A stretch of DNA of 64,000 bases, taken from positions 3,302 to 67,301 of the IMG/VR virus record IMGVR_UViG_3300022669_000027; one strand, given 5' to 3'. Shown one piece after another: positions 19,809 through 30,943 of the stretch. Source of the DNA: a virus. Numbering within the stretch: the first letter of the stretch is position 1; every line of letters begins with the position of its first letter. A program made the position numbers and the translations under genes. Under the pieces are notes generated by a model. That model was not told where the DNA came from. It saw only the letters and a list, made by a program, of their open reading frames with translations, and searched no databases.

Positions 19809-22729
19809 TTAAGTATTAAGGTATCACCTAAACTATCTCCGATGTTTAAAGGATAAGACAAAGGCTGGGGTCCGTTATGTTGGATATCAGTCAGGTCAAA
19901 CATTTGGATCTGTAGTCCAGATGTTCCATATTTATTAGTGAAATATGTACTTTCCGTCAATTCCATTTTATCCCCATATCCAAGTCGAGGACCAGCACTA
20001 AATTCTATCCAAGATGTCCTGCAACTAAAAATAGCCATTGATCCATCTTCTGTAATGGTCAAGTTAGGACAAAGTGGATGCACCCCATCAAAAGATATTT
20101 GATACGGGTTGTACATAGTCTGTTCTCCTTCGTATTGTACTATTTCTTGAAAAGTCTCAATCGGCTGTAACGGATCTGCGTCCAGTTCTTTTGCAGTGAT
20201 TGTTATTTCCGTATCTTCATCGGGATGGGCAGGACCAAATATGAAATGAATGGACCCAGCATCATAGTTAATCTCTGAGGAAGCCAATATCGTATCGAAC
20301 CCGTCTATTTGTTCGGGAATTTCATAAAATACACCGTTCCCGTCATCTTCCAAATAAAAATCTGTGCCGTTAACAGTACAATATACCTTGACCTCTTCCG
20401 GTAAAATACGTCCTTCGAATTGCACTGTATATTCCTGACCTCCGTGGGATTCATATACCTTTTCTTTGTAAAAGTATACACTGCTGTCGTTTGAAGAGTA
20501 GTCAGGAGGAGAGGCTTTCAATTTCCATCTGGCTATTACTATCCCATTCGGATCTATTATCGCTGCCCAAAATTCTGTCTTAAACCACCAATACAATTCT
20601 TTTACCCATTTACCTCCTTCTTCCTCTGGCTCATTCCATTCTCTAGCCGTCGTGTTCAACATTTTAGGCATTGTATAAGTAACAGCTGTGTATCCAGAAA
20701 CTGTGTAAAATACACTGCCTACCATTATATTTTGCCAAGGATTAAGGGTGGGGCCTTGTTGTAATCGAGAAGCCCTATCTATAAAAGTGAGTCCTATCCT
20801 CAATTCACAATCCCCAGGTGCTCCGTTATAAGGGAATTCTGGCTCATTTTCATCTTTTCCCAATAAAGGGGATTCCCTGAAATAATCTCTATTGCCGGGA
20901 TCTGGAATAGGGATAGGCCTGGTGGATCCCTGTACACCTTCTAAAATGACCCTGATATCTTTCCGATCAATGGGACTCACGTTGGTCCTAATATCCCTTT
21001 GTATCCAAAATTCAATAGAATTCCCTGCGTCAACAGGCCGAATAAATGCCCCTGTTGACAGCAGAGATCTTCCGTATTCATGGGGATAGTCAGTATTTAC
21101 ATATTCAGAACCGCGATGAACTGTCCCCTCTTCGTCACGGTATATATTGTCTAATTTCCAATCGTAAGCATAGAAATCTTTTATTCTTACAGGTAAATAT
21201 TCCCCTAACAATAAAAAACTACCCTCAAACACAGGACGAAGTATACCTGATAAATAACAAGTTTCTTGAGGAGCAGTACACATTGCACGGATGCCAGAAC
21301 CACGGTACCTGACCACAGGATACCATTCAGGATTATCTGTTTTCCACACGTAAGGAGGCTCTTGATAATCAATTTTATATGATTCGTATTCTTCCGGGCC
21401 ATCCTCCTCTTGGGTCATCACAACAGCACAGCCATACCAAGTACCGGAATCAGATCTAGCGAATCCGAAACCTGCCTGATAATATTTAACAGACACAAGA
21501 GCGTCATAATGAACCTCACTGGCCTTCCAAGCTTCCCATAAAGCGTCCACCGCGTAAGCATTTTCCGGCTCTCCTTCGGGCACTTCAAATCCCGATGCAG
21601 ATGCCAGTGTCTCCGTCATAATTTCGTATGGAATTCCCGCTGTAGCCAGCCTGTCCTCCGCAGTTTCCCCTGTAAAAGGATCTGTATGGGCTATGAATTC
21701 ATATTCTGCCATTTTTTCTGCATAGGATTGACATACAGCTCCAAGCTCTCCATTCCATTCTACTTTATCAACAATTTGTATACAATATCTGTCATGATTA
21801 AGATGCTGGAGGAACCGATTGTCCAGGTCCACAGTGTCCAGTACAAGATTATCACAGGGAATATTTTTATCGAACCCGTCAATCCAACGTATGCCCCTGT
21901 TTCCTTCCGTTCCTAAAAAAGACGGAAAGTCCCAAGCTGGACTGTCGAATAATTCCCAATCCGTGCCTTCAATTGCCGCTACCAATGCATCCTTAGTGAA
22001 AAAACAAACATCTCCTGCTGTAGCTACTCCCCCAAGTTTGGCCCCGGCCCCCATGGTTCCCTCATAATTATATCCGTAATGAGATATTGATACGAAATCG
22101 TCTGCAAAAAAATCTACAAAATAGTCTTCTTGGGTGCTGTTTATGAAGGGCATACAATTCCATAACTGGACATCCTGGGGAATTGCGTGTTTACGGACTC
22201 CATCTTCATAAGACCACCGAGAAGGCATGCAATTGGACTTGTAATCTTTTACTTGTATCCATTCCACATTACCTACTATTTCTATAATGCATTGGTTATT
22301 TATGGAAGTTCCAAGGTATTGAACGTAGGATAGGGCCTTGTCATCGTAATTGGGTTTCAATAAATAGTACCCGGAAGGAGCTGCCATGACAAAACCACCT
22401 TCGGGATCACATGGATATTCTTCTTCGCTGGGAGAAGGGGCAACAGATACAATACTGATTTGATTAGATGGAGAGGCCGGTGACGGGGAATCTTCTGACA
22501 AATTAAACCCGGAAGGACTCGATGGCAATGCGCCGCAGGATATATTGCTGTTATAAGGGGAACCTTTCGATGCGCTTTCCCCGGAGTCCAGTTCCCCCAC
22601 TTCGATAATATCCAGCGTAGAATTCACGGGAGCAGAAGGAGTTATAGAAACCCGGTTTCCTCTTCTGGAAGCACTGATTCCATTCTGTTCAGAGGTTGAA
22701 GATATTTTATATGTTTTAATATCCGTCAT
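19805..22729 (-). CDS. Large tail-tip/virion protein with an internal CAP (SCP) domain
   Basis: The segment LNHDR...WNGELGAVCQSYAEKM...IAH...DRL...WKASEVHYDAL....Y.AGFG...WY matches the CAP fold pattern. Confidence 0.65.
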   Translation of the reverse strand: MTDIKTYKISSTSEQNGISASRRGNRVSITPSAPVNSTLDIIEVGELDSGESASKGSPYNSNISCGALPSSPSGFNLSEDSPSPASPSNQISIVSVAPSPSEEEYPCDPEGGFVMAAPSGYYLLKPNYDDKALSYVQYLGTSINNQCIIEIVGNVEWIQVKDYKSNCMPSRWSYEDGVRKHAIPQDVQLWNCMPFINSTQEDYFVDFFADDFVSISHYGYNYEGTMGAGAKLGGVATAGDVCFFTKDALVAAIEGTDWELFDSPAWDFPSFLGTEGNRGIRWIDGFDKNIPCDNLVLDTVDLDNRFLQHLNHDRYCIQIVDKVEWNGELGAVCQSYAEKMAEYEFIAHTDPFTGETAEDRLATAGIPYEIMTETLASASGFEVPEGEPENAYAVDALWEAWKASEVHYDALVSVKYYQAGFGFARSDSGTWYGCAVVMTQEEDGPEEYESYKIDYQEPPYVWKTDNPEWYPVVRYRGSGIRAMCTAPQETCYLSGILRPVFEGSFLLLGEYLPVRIKDFYAYDWKLDNIYRDEEGTVHRGSEYVNTDYPHEYGRSLLSTGAFIRPVDAGNSIEFWIQRDIRTNVSPIDRKDIRVILEGVQGSTRPIPIPDPGNRDYFRESPLLGKDENEPEFPYNGAPGDCELRIGLTFIDRASRLQQGPTLNPWQNIMVGSVFYTVSGYTAVTYTMPKMLNTTAREWNEPEEEGGKWVKELYWWFKTEFWAAIIDPNGIVIARWKLKASPPDYSSNDSSVYFYKEKVYESHGGQEYTVQFEGRILPEEVKVYCTVNGTDFYLEDDGNGVFYEIPEQIDGFDTILASSEINYDAGSIHFIFGPAHPDEDTEITITAKELDADPLQPIETFQEIVQYEGEQTMYNPYQISFDGVHPLCPNLTITEDGSMAIFSCRTSWIEFSAGPRLGYGDKMELTESTYFTNKYGTSGLQIQMFDLTDIQHNGPQPLSYPLNIGDSLGDTLILN

Positions 22730-22905
22730 TATCTCGTTACTTTTCTGTGTCCGCTGTTTAATGTATAAATGGACGATCCTGTTTTTAATTTTTTGGGGTT
22801 CACCGTTTTATTCACAGATAAAACAGATAACCTCCCTCTGGACCCTCTGACTATTCCTATACCAGCTCCCTTATTGAATGTTTTTATAGTAGAAGTCCGT
22901 CTCAT
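22729..22905 (-). CDS. Small basic hypothetical protein (58 aa, not in the ORF track)
   Basis: MRRTSTIKTFNKGAGIGIVRG...RKVTR* fills the gap exactly, with a TAATG coupling to the next gene. Confidence 0.55.
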   Translation of the reverse strand: MRRTSTIKTFNKGAGIGIVRGSRGRLSVLSVNKTVNPKKLKTGSSIYTLNSGHRKVTR

Positions 22906-22909
22906 TTTT

Positions 22910-24973
22910 TTACACCAATTGGCACATGGCTACCGAAATTTCAGGAACGGAACTCCCTTCCCAGTCCATGGTTAATCCGGTTATCCGGAAGGATCGAATC
23001 GCCATAGCATCCTCAAGCATGGAATAATGCTGATCAATAGACTCCCTATCCTCTCCGATAATCATACCGGAATTAGGAGAAGAATCAAATGAAAATCTAA
23101 CCGATCCTCCTAATGCTCCCCTAACGTCCAAGTGACGAGAAGTAAAGGAGGCGTAATATGCAGATTTAGGATCCAGAACGTAATGATTTTTAAGATATTC
23201 CTCCAATTCTTCTAAAGTCAAAGATTCCACAGTCACATACAAAGTTCCCGTCGCGTATTCTTGATACGCTTCACCGTCTGATGGACCTGCCTCCACAGGA
23301 GGATTGGAAATAAGTAATTTATTACGAAGAACCTGATTACCTTCGGATGACGCTGAAACAGAAGTAGGACTAGGACCGGAAATCTGAGCTGAGACCATTT
23401 GGACAGAAACATCTGTAACGGACGTTTCCAATAAATTCTCAGCTTCCTCCCCGCCTCTGTATTTGGATACTACTGAAAATGTCATTTCAGAGGACAATTG
23501 ATCAGATACTGGACTAATAATTCGATAAGTCTCTGTGACTGTGAATTCTTCTCCGTTCTGTACCACTTTTCGGGATCGTTCTCCGGTCAGATACCCTTCT
23601 TCCGAATACATAAACACTTCAGTCAAAGTAGTAGTCACTTCATCTCCTTCGGGAACCCCTCCTGGAAAATGGTATTCAACTCCATTGATAGTGAAATAAT
23701 TTTCCTGGACGGATCTTTCCACGGACACAACTTCCCGGCCCAATACCTGGATTCCGTCAGTAGTAAGTAAATATTCAGGGTGATGGTCTTCGTCTATTTT
23801 GACGCATCCCAAGTCCCTAGATATTTGTTGACGTGTGCCTGTTTGAGACTTGCTGAATAAATGATTGCCGGAAGGTTCAGAAAACCAAGGAACTGCTGAT
23901 TTTTCATAAGGAGGCCCTGTCATATATTTGTATTTTGTAGTAGTCTCGACTTCTGATGACTTGCCTTTGGTAAGATATACAGAATAAGAATCGCTGCCAG
24001 GATTAAGTCCTCCCCAATGATTGGCTATTTCAATAAGCGTGCTTTGGGACATAGACGCTGTTTCTTGTTGAGAAAGCAACAAACCCCCCAACGTGATTTT
24101 TTCTCCATTCAAAGTAGCGGAGATTTCTGTTACATCAGAATCCTCTTCTTCTATCGTAGATCCAGTGGAAGTATCATATGACTCTGTTTTAATCCCAAAT
24201 TCTTCGAGATGTTCCTCAGAGCGGAAAACCGCAGTCTCCGATTCTTCAATGTGTAATTTCTCCGGTAAATCCACATATACCTTTCTCACTGTCAAGTCAA
24301 TGGGTTTTACATCCGAAATACTGACAGTTGCTCCGCTGGAGCTGTCGAGGGGGGATGTAATGATTATATCTCCTGTAAATATATTCACATAAAAAGATAA
24401 GGACTGTCCCCATAAATCATTAGGGGTAAACATTCCCAATAATTCAGATAACTGTTCTATCAAAGAGCCATTAAGCGCAATGGCCGGATTGGCTTCCGTA
24501 ACTACAGGATAATTAGATAATTGTCCCACATCCAGTCGTATATTCCATCCCGTTTTTGCTAACAGAGAATATACCGCTGTACCGAACGTTTCTGCAGTAA
24601 TAACATCCATATCCTCTATGTCTTCATAATCATCCTGTATTACAGACAAGGAAGGAGTTATAACAGAGGGCAAGTGGGATTTACTGATCTCACGGACGGA
24701 CAAAGGAACACCCTTTAAAAGCATACTTTTTTCATCATTTACCTGCGATTCTTCCACCCACAGATCGAGATCCACATACACATATTCGTTGACTTTTTGT
24801 TGGGTGAGAGGAACACTTGTCCTTATCACTCTTACATCCTGTGTGTATTGAGTGAAAGGAATAGTCCCACTCCAAGTAGGAGCAGAATTTGGCAATACCT
24901 GTAAACTTAAAGAATCAAATAAAGCGCTCATATGTTTGTTACCGCAGGCCCTCCCGTGGTAGTCATAATCCAT
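22910..24973 (-). CDS. Putative tail-tip/hub protein
   Basis: Acidic, Ser/Thr-rich ORF of about 680 aa downstream of the tape measure module. The true start is probably MSALF (about 24931). Confidence 0.55.
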   Translation of the reverse strand: MDYDYHGRACGNKHMSALFDSLSLQVLPNSAPTWSGTIPFTQYTQDVRVIRTSVPLTQQKVNEYVYVDLDLWVEESQVNDEKSMLLKGVPLSVREISKSHLPSVITPSLSVIQDDYEDIEDMDVITAETFGTAVYSLLAKTGWNIRLDVGQLSNYPVVTEANPAIALNGSLIEQLSELLGMFTPNDLWGQSLSFYVNIFTGDIIITSPLDSSSGATVSISDVKPIDLTVRKVYVDLPEKLHIEESETAVFRSEEHLEEFGIKTESYDTSTGSTIEEEDSDVTEISATLNGEKITLGGLLLSQQETASMSQSTLIEIANHWGGLNPGSDSYSVYLTKGKSSEVETTTKYKYMTGPPYEKSAVPWFSEPSGNHLFSKSQTGTRQQISRDLGCVKIDEDHHPEYLLTTDGIQVLGREVVSVERSVQENYFTINGVEYHFPGGVPEGDEVTTTLTEVFMYSEEGYLTGERSRKVVQNGEEFTVTETYRIISPVSDQLSSEMTFSVVSKYRGGEEAENLLETSVTDVSVQMVSAQISGPSPTSVSASSEGNQVLRNKLLISNPPVEAGPSDGEAYQEYATGTLYVTVESLTLEELEEYLKNHYVLDPKSAYYASFTSRHLDVRGALGGSVRFSFDSSPNSGMIIGEDRESIDQHYSMLEDAMAIRSFRITGLTMDWEGSSVPEISVAMCQLV

Positions 24974-27900
24974 GTTCTGGGTTTAGCCGATTCTGGATCT
25001 TCTATCAAAACAGGATCTGATTGCATAAAATATTGATATCTTCTTTTGTAAAATTGACTGTATCCGGGCTGAGGAGCATTCGGATAAAATTCATCGGGAT
25101 GCTTAGTCATCCCCACCTCTTCGTCTCTGGCAGTCAATCTGGGCGTGTCATTCATAGGTTGGTACGCCACCTCTTCGTCAATCGGCAGAAGAGTCGATTC
25201 ATCCAAGATCACCATAGTAGTAACCCGGCCATCTCCGTAACGATTCCACCGTTCCGCTTGATGTCTTCGAAATTCACCGTACAACCTACGGTGAAAAAAA
25301 GAAGGCCGGCTGGAAGAATTCTTGTATACCAAAACTGTCCATTTTCCTTCTACATGATGATCTTTGACAATGGCCAAGGCCCCCGGAATTTCTTCGTAAC
25401 CGGTTCCGTCCAACCGTACTGCCATACCCATACAAGTGCCCGCCCTCGTTTTATGGACTCCAGACCAGTTCAGCCATGCGTGTGTGTCTGTGATTTCTTG
25501 TATCAAAATATCGCCTACAGAGTGTCCCGCCCACGGTAACTCCACTATCAACTCACTACTTGATGAGGACAAAGCATTGACCTTGTACAGTTTCACTGAA
25601 CTGAATTTGTAACCATATTTATCGTCCTGATAACCATGTTCCAGGGGGGTACCTATACCTCTGGTAGCATGAAATTGAGCCCAATTACATGAAGTTTCTG
25701 CTTTCTTTTGCGTTAATAGATAGTAAGTTCCATCTCTTTCTGTTAAATGCAAAATCACCTCGTCATCCGGCACGGCTTCTGGGACTGGTATCTTCCTCAA
25801 GTACTGAAGATTATAATCAAATACCAAGATATCCCTTACTTCATATGTATTGGGTTTCTGTTCGTAGTTCTCCAGGGTTTCCGTTTTATGCTGAATAAAA
25901 CGGTTATTTTCATCCGTTCCCGGTTCCTCCCAAGAATACCCATAAGGCTGCACATGATTCTCCATTGTCATAATGTAATCATAATGATTCCAAGGGGTAT
26001 AGTCCCTTGTATCCAATAACATCACATTATTGTCATCTGGCATCCATCCTCTCAAGTCAGGAGGACCAAAAGTGTAACTCGGAGAAGAATCATAAGGATG
26101 ATAAGCAATGTATAAATCCGGATAATCAGACAAAGCAGCTGATGAATTATCAACCGAAGGCATATCTGGCTCTGTTAAAAATTCATTAAGCTTATATGTA
26201 TATCCATCGTCAGGAAGTCTCACCCAAGGAGAAGATTGATTCATCACAAACGTCCTCATGCTTGTGTGAAAAAAATCAGGTCTTCCCAATGCCCGTATCA
26301 CATATAATTTTTTCTCAGTTGGAGAATGTCCAAAATATCTACATGTGACATACGGATCATATTCCTTTGTTGTATTATTTTTCAAAAATCCAGGAATGAT
26401 GACTGATTTAATAGGATCTTCATTAGGTCTGTTATATTTATGAAGAACTCCCCCTATCGGATAAGACACACATGCTGATTTATAAGGCTCGAACTCGAAT
26501 CCTAATTGATCCGGGTAAAGACGGGAACCTATATTGTCATGTCGATTAAACAAATAACCTGTCTCAGGCCCTCTAGTCATATACCAGTCGTAGTATCCAT
26601 GTATATCCCCGTCGATGTCTTGCATTTCTTGATAGCCGGACATCCATGTACGGCCTTCTGGTAGCCGAAATAAACCAAATAGTGCTTGATTATCATTGTC
26701 GGAGATAAACTGAATCGGTTGAGGGAAATTCTCATCATTGAAATAATCAAAAACACCCCGCGCCGGATCGAAATCATCATAGTATTTAGGTAATTTTGGC
26801 CTCCAACACAACGCTGGATTATGATATAATGCATCTCCTCCCCATTCTTCATATCCCGGTTCCGGGGTATAATATCCTGCTATTCCTTCTCTTGGATAAA
26901 GAAATCCCTTTCCGGTGGGATAACCGATCCCTATTTCCCAATAACGTACCCCATAAGGATATGTGCCTGTTTGCCCCGTTGGGTGAGATCTGTTATTGTC
27001 TCCTGCTCTGTTCTCAGAAAACATGTCAGCTGCTTCTACCAATGAGGAATTAGTAATCAGCACTATGTTCTCTGTATATCCTGCCGGACTGAGAATGGGA
27101 TCTGACAAAATCCCCCTGTCAGTAATTAATTCTGGATCTGACAAAATCCCCATGTCAGTAATTAATTCTGGATCTGACACCAACGGAGTAGACTGGCCGA
27201 AATACCTCAGTATGGGCTCGCTGATTATAAAATCAAAATAACCGTACGGTAGCAATGAAGGCTCCGAACTGATCGCTGCTATCTCTCCGCCCATGCTGAC
27301 ACACAAAAAAGAGGTATGGGGTATGTCTGTGTAAAATTCTGCCTTACTGTTTAGATCCCTGTCTAAGATCTGGATTCTGTTATGGGGCTTTGTATAGTCT
27401 CCGGGAGTACGCAATACTTCGGAAGTGGTATCCCAAGGATAATGCCAAGTAGAATTATAACCATACTCCTGTCGAGGCTCATGTACTGTCGAGGCCAGCA
27501 TTTGGTCTGTCAGCCATACAATATGGTCTTCTACCAAATGGAACAGTCCGTTGAACGAGGTTTCGGAAGCGGCCAAATTCATAATACCTGTCCCTGCAAA
27601 CCATGACTGTCCAGACCTGTTTACTGTGGACAATACCTGTACGTATGGGTACGGATTCTCCCCCAAGGGAAGTTGCTCATAATCATATTGGACATCTTCT
27701 CCTTCCAGCCGATACTTCGGCAATATACAGGGCAACACTGCTTGTTTTTCAAATGAAAAATCCAACCTCATCAAAGTCATACATTTTACTTTAGGGCCTT
27801 CTATGTCGTGGATACTGTCATTTGTGAATTTAGGTAAATGACCGTCAAAAGTCGTTCTCCAATAGAAGTCCATAATGACTATGCCTAATTGATCATTCGC

Positions 27901-29598
27901 TTTGATACCTGCAGCAGCGGACGCATTCACACACTTATTCGCAGATATGGGCCACCTTGTGTCGGGATCAATTTCTGTAAATAAAGTTTTTGAAGACCGC
28001 CTTTGGGGATCTTCCTCATCAACATGTTCATTTTCCCACGGCCATGCGCCTCTATGTTTCACTGTTCCGAAAACCAACCGAGTCTCGGATGACACCAAAT
28101 GAGGAGCTGTGACCTGTCTTGTGTTAATTACCCTCTCGGAGGTAACGTGAGAAGTTTTCATTAAAGCGTTTTCATTTACCAAACGCTGGTCGGGCACATA
28201 AAACAAATCATCCAATTCAAAATCACCGTCTTTGGCGGCTTTAAAATGCAAAGGATGACCGTAATATAAAGGTTCTGTTTCATGATATGGCATTTCATGT
28301 TGAGCTTCAGAAACTCTGACGGGCCATATTGGATTGTATATCCTATGGACATCATTTTCCAAATTGTAATAAGAAGGAAATAAATTCCGTTCGTCTGCCG
28401 CCCTGATACCTTCTGGAAAATGATATGCACTATTATATCCATACATTCTATGGAATGGAGCAACCTTGTGACTGGGTAATCTTAATTCTATACGTACTTC
28501 CGTCAATACAGGATCGGACACTATTCCGTAGGAATGAGGCAGCAACACAGGACTGGATTCTACAGACCGGACATCCGTTAAAACAGGATCAGTGACTATC
28601 CATTCGTCATGTACCAAAGAAGGAGAAGAAGAAAGCCCGGCACGGCCTATAGGATAATCTAATACGGGTTTCGATTGCAAAGTAGTGCCTTCCTGAAAAA
28701 ATACAGGAACCGAAGACACAAAAGTAGTGGAATGTTCTGTGTAAAATTCAGGATCGGATTCAATAGCATAAATGGTATCCAATACAGGAACAGAACGAAG
28801 TAATGCACCCTCGAAAAGTAACGGATTGGAAGAAAGAAAAGAAATAGAAGGTTCCAATTCAGGAGCAGATTCAAGGATTCTGTCTGTGTGAAATTCAGGA
28901 TTGGACTCCACAAACGTTTCCCACGTCATTTCAACAATGGTATGGTCTTCTATCCTTCTGCGTTCAATATTGAATCTATTTCCGCCATTGTGATTAGCAG
29001 ATACCCATCTTAATAACCAATATGTTTCATTGTCGGAAGTTATTGTGATTACGTCTGCAAAAACATCAAGCCCTAAAATTTCCCGAAATAGGACATCTCC
29101 TTCATTGTTCAAAACCCTGACTAAACCCTGAACTGGATCTATGATAATTACTTTTGAATTATCAGGAGTGGTGGTGGATAAACTGTTACCTGTAACTGGT
29201 CCTGAATGCGACCGGGACGTTGTGCCTTTGTTACTTTCGATTTTCGGTAGTGGCCCATGTACCCGTCCATAATCTATGTCATTCTCAAATCTCCAGGGGT
29301 TTCCTATAACCTGCGAAACCTTTAAAAGCTCCATACCGGTAAAATGCCGATGAAACAGACACTTGAGGTATGGAGCTGAATTGACATCCCAATCATCGTA
29401 ATCCTTTACATCAGGATCAGATTTCAGCAAATTATATGCATCTAAATCCGGGGTAGAGTCAACAGCTTCTCTACCAGTCCTGACAATGACTGGATTACTC
29501 TCAACCAAAGTCAGACCTTCTCCTTCCCAAAACACGGGATCGGAAGGCAGATAAGAGCGCGCTCTGCTGTCTCCAGTTTGAAATAGTAATACAGCCAA
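24928..29598 (-). CDS. Giant (1556 aa) putative tail/virion protein with dispersed S-x-P-x-L repeats
   Basis: Long ORF in the tail module with many SDPVL/SNPEF/SEPIL-type motifs. Confidence 0.65.
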   Translation of the reverse strand: MAVLLFQTGDSRARSYLPSDPVFWEGEGLTLVESNPVIVRTGREAVDSTPDLDAYNLLKSDPDVKDYDDWDVNSAPYLKCLFHRHFTGMELLKVSQVIGNPWRFENDIDYGRVHGPLPKIESNKGTTSRSHSGPVTGNSLSTTTPDNSKVIIIDPVQGLVRVLNNEGDVLFREILGLDVFADVITITSDNETYWLLRWVSANHNGGNRFNIERRRIEDHTIVEMTWETFVESNPEFHTDRILESAPELEPSISFLSSNPLLFEGALLRSVPVLDTIYAIESDPEFYTEHSTTFVSSVPVFFQEGTTLQSKPVLDYPIGRAGLSSSPSLVHDEWIVTDPVLTDVRSVESSPVLLPHSYGIVSDPVLTEVRIELRLPSHKVAPFHRMYGYNSAYHFPEGIRAADERNLFPSYYNLENDVHRIYNPIWPVRVSEAQHEMPYHETEPLYYGHPLHFKAAKDGDFELDDLFYVPDQRLVNENALMKTSHVTSERVINTRQVTAPHLVSSETRLVFGTVKHRGAWPWENEHVDEEDPQRRSSKTLFTEIDPDTRWPISANKCVNASAAAGIKANDQLGIVIMDFYWRTTFDGHLPKFTNDSIHDIEGPKVKCMTLMRLDFSFEKQAVLPCILPKYRLEGEDVQYDYEQLPLGENPYPYVQVLSTVNRSGQSWFAGTGIMNLAASETSFNGLFHLVEDHIVWLTDQMLASTVHEPRQEYGYNSTWHYPWDTTSEVLRTPGDYTKPHNRIQILDRDLNSKAEFYTDIPHTSFLCVSMGGEIAAISSEPSLLPYGYFDFIISEPILRYFGQSTPLVSDPELITDMGILSDPELITDRGILSDPILSPAGYTENIVLITNSSLVEAADMFSENRAGDNNRSHPTGQTGTYPYGVRYWEIGIGYPTGKGFLYPREGIAGYYTPEPGYEEWGGDALYHNPALCWRPKLPKYYDDFDPARGVFDYFNDENFPQPIQFISDNDNQALFGLFRLPEGRTWMSGYQEMQDIDGDIHGYYDWYMTRGPETGYLFNRHDNIGSRLYPDQLGFEFEPYKSACVSYPIGGVLHKYNRPNEDPIKSVIIPGFLKNNTTKEYDPYVTCRYFGHSPTEKKLYVIRALGRPDFFHTSMRTFVMNQSSPWVRLPDDGYTYKLNEFLTEPDMPSVDNSSAALSDYPDLYIAYHPYDSSPSYTFGPPDLRGWMPDDNNVMLLDTRDYTPWNHYDYIMTMENHVQPYGYSWEEPGTDENNRFIQHKTETLENYEQKPNTYEVRDILVFDYNLQYLRKIPVPEAVPDDEVILHLTERDGTYYLLTQKKAETSCNWAQFHATRGIGTPLEHGYQDDKYGYKFSSVKLYKVNALSSSSSELIVELPWAGHSVGDILIQEITDTHAWLNWSGVHKTRAGTCMGMAVRLDGTGYEEIPGALAIVKDHHVEGKWTVLVYKNSSSRPSFFHRRLYGEFRRHQAERWNRYGDGRVTTMVILDESTLLPIDEEVAYQPMNDTPRLTARDEEVGMTKHPDEFYPNAPQPGYSQFYKRRYQYFMQSDPVLIEDPESAKPRTWIMTTTGGPAVTNI
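27098..27179. repeat. 36-bp in-frame tandem repeat (about 2.3 copies)
   Basis: ggatctgaca recurs at 27098, 27134 and 27170 and encodes SDPELITD(M/R)GIL. Confidence 0.9.
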
Positions 29599-29607
29599 AA
29601 TGACCTC

Positions 29608-30228
29608 CTATACGGCCCAAACTTCCCCGATATCTTGTACACCGGTCGGAGGCCTGTGTAAAGTGATGTTAGCAGGAGTGGAACCAGCGTCCGCAGGATT
29701 AACTTTATTTCCACCTGTTCCGGGAGTGAGCGTAGTCCAAGAAGGAGTTCCATCAGAACCTCCGTCTTCATTATCATTCACTTCCCAGGTAATGATGGGG
29801 GCTGCACCTGGATAGTTGAATTCTATCATAAATACAGCAAATAAATCAGAAGGAATAGCCGCATCGGAAGGAATTTCCCAACACAAATTAAACATCACGC
29901 TTTCTCCGGCTGCAAGGGCGGCTGCAGACAAGTTCACATAACTGGTAGCTCCCTTTAACCGATTTATTGTGGCACCACCCGGAGTCGCGGATGCTGGTTT
30001 CCAAGAAGCAACAGGAGCACCGTCTGTAGTGGCCACAGCACTTATCATGGATTTATTACCATTACCTACAGTACCGCCGAATACTTCATGATCTGTAGTA
30101 GCGAAATTGTAATCATCATACGCCATTAATTTAGGTATGTCACTGGTAGCTTCCGAAAATGTCACCTTGATTACATTTTGGGCGGCGGAATCGTTCCCGG
30201 CCCCTACGATTTTGGTTGGGATTGTCAT
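29608..30228 (-). CDS. Putative virion structural protein
   Basis: 206 aa, Gly/Ala/Thr-rich, with a strong AGGAG RBS. Confidence 0.65.
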   Translation of the reverse strand: MTIPTKIVGAGNDSAAQNVIKVTFSEATSDIPKLMAYDDYNFATTDHEVFGGTVGNGNKSMISAVATTDGAPVASWKPASATPGGATINRLKGATSYVNLSAAALAAGESVMFNLCWEIPSDAAIPSDLFAVFMIEFNYPGAAPIITWEVNDNEDGGSDGTPSWTTLTPGTGGNKVNPADAGSTPANITLHRPPTGVQDIGEVWAV

Positions 30229-30238
30229 TTCTATCTCC

Positions 30239-30943
30239 TTAGTTTGAAGACGGTATTTTTAAACCATCTCTCATTAAAATCCGAAGACCCATGAATTCGT
30301 AAAATTGTTTCTCCGTTATTTTTTCCCGGAAAACGTCATGCAACTGATCATATTGAACGTCATGATCTATACATAACTGGATGTCCAGTTCGGCTTTTTC
30401 AAAAACCTTTTCAAGATCAGTCAATTTTTTTCTGATCCCGCTCCCGGCTACATCATTGTTTCCTATAGGCTTGATGCGGTTTTCGTGAGAACCAATCACA
30501 GTCAAAGGAACCTCCCCCAGTCTGCAGCTTCCGCGATTTACACCACCGCTGTCTATGGTGTATTCCAGACCTGGTGCCTTTTTGAACACATGTGAAAACG
30601 GGTGTGTTATGAAATTATGAATGCGCTTTCTGAGCAAAACAGTCCAATAATTTGAATCCCCATCTCCAGTAGTCTGGTATTTTCCGATTCGATATCTAAC
30701 ATTAGGAATATACCGGAATATTTTCCTGCCGTAAAGACCTATCGGAATTGAAGCCACTGATCCAACCAAACCCGCTATAACAAGGCCATAGCCGGTAGTT
30801 CCCAGATATACAGATCCTCCGTAAGCCGTGACGATGGGCCAGAAATAAGCATGTTCCCGTATTATTTCAGAACATATTTCAAAAGGATTCCTTTTTCTGG
30901 GTTTTTTCAAAATGGTGTCTAATTGTTGCATGTTGGGCCTCAA
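30239..30943 (-). CDS. Hypothetical membrane-anchored protein
   Basis: Hydrophobic Gly-rich segment near the N-terminus. Coupled to the upstream gene. Confidence 0.55.
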   Translation of the reverse strand: MRPNMQQLDTILKKPRKRNPFEICSEIIREHAYFWPIVTAYGGSVYLGTTGYGLVIAGLVGSVASIPIGLYGRKIFRYIPNVRYRIGKYQTTGDGDSNYWTVLLRKRIHNFITHPFSHVFKKAPGLEYTIDSGGVNRGSCRLGEVPLTVIGSHENRIKPIGNNDVAGSGIRKKLTDLEKVFEKAELDIQLCIDHDVQYDQLHDVFREKITEKQFYEFMGLRILMRDGLKIPSSN

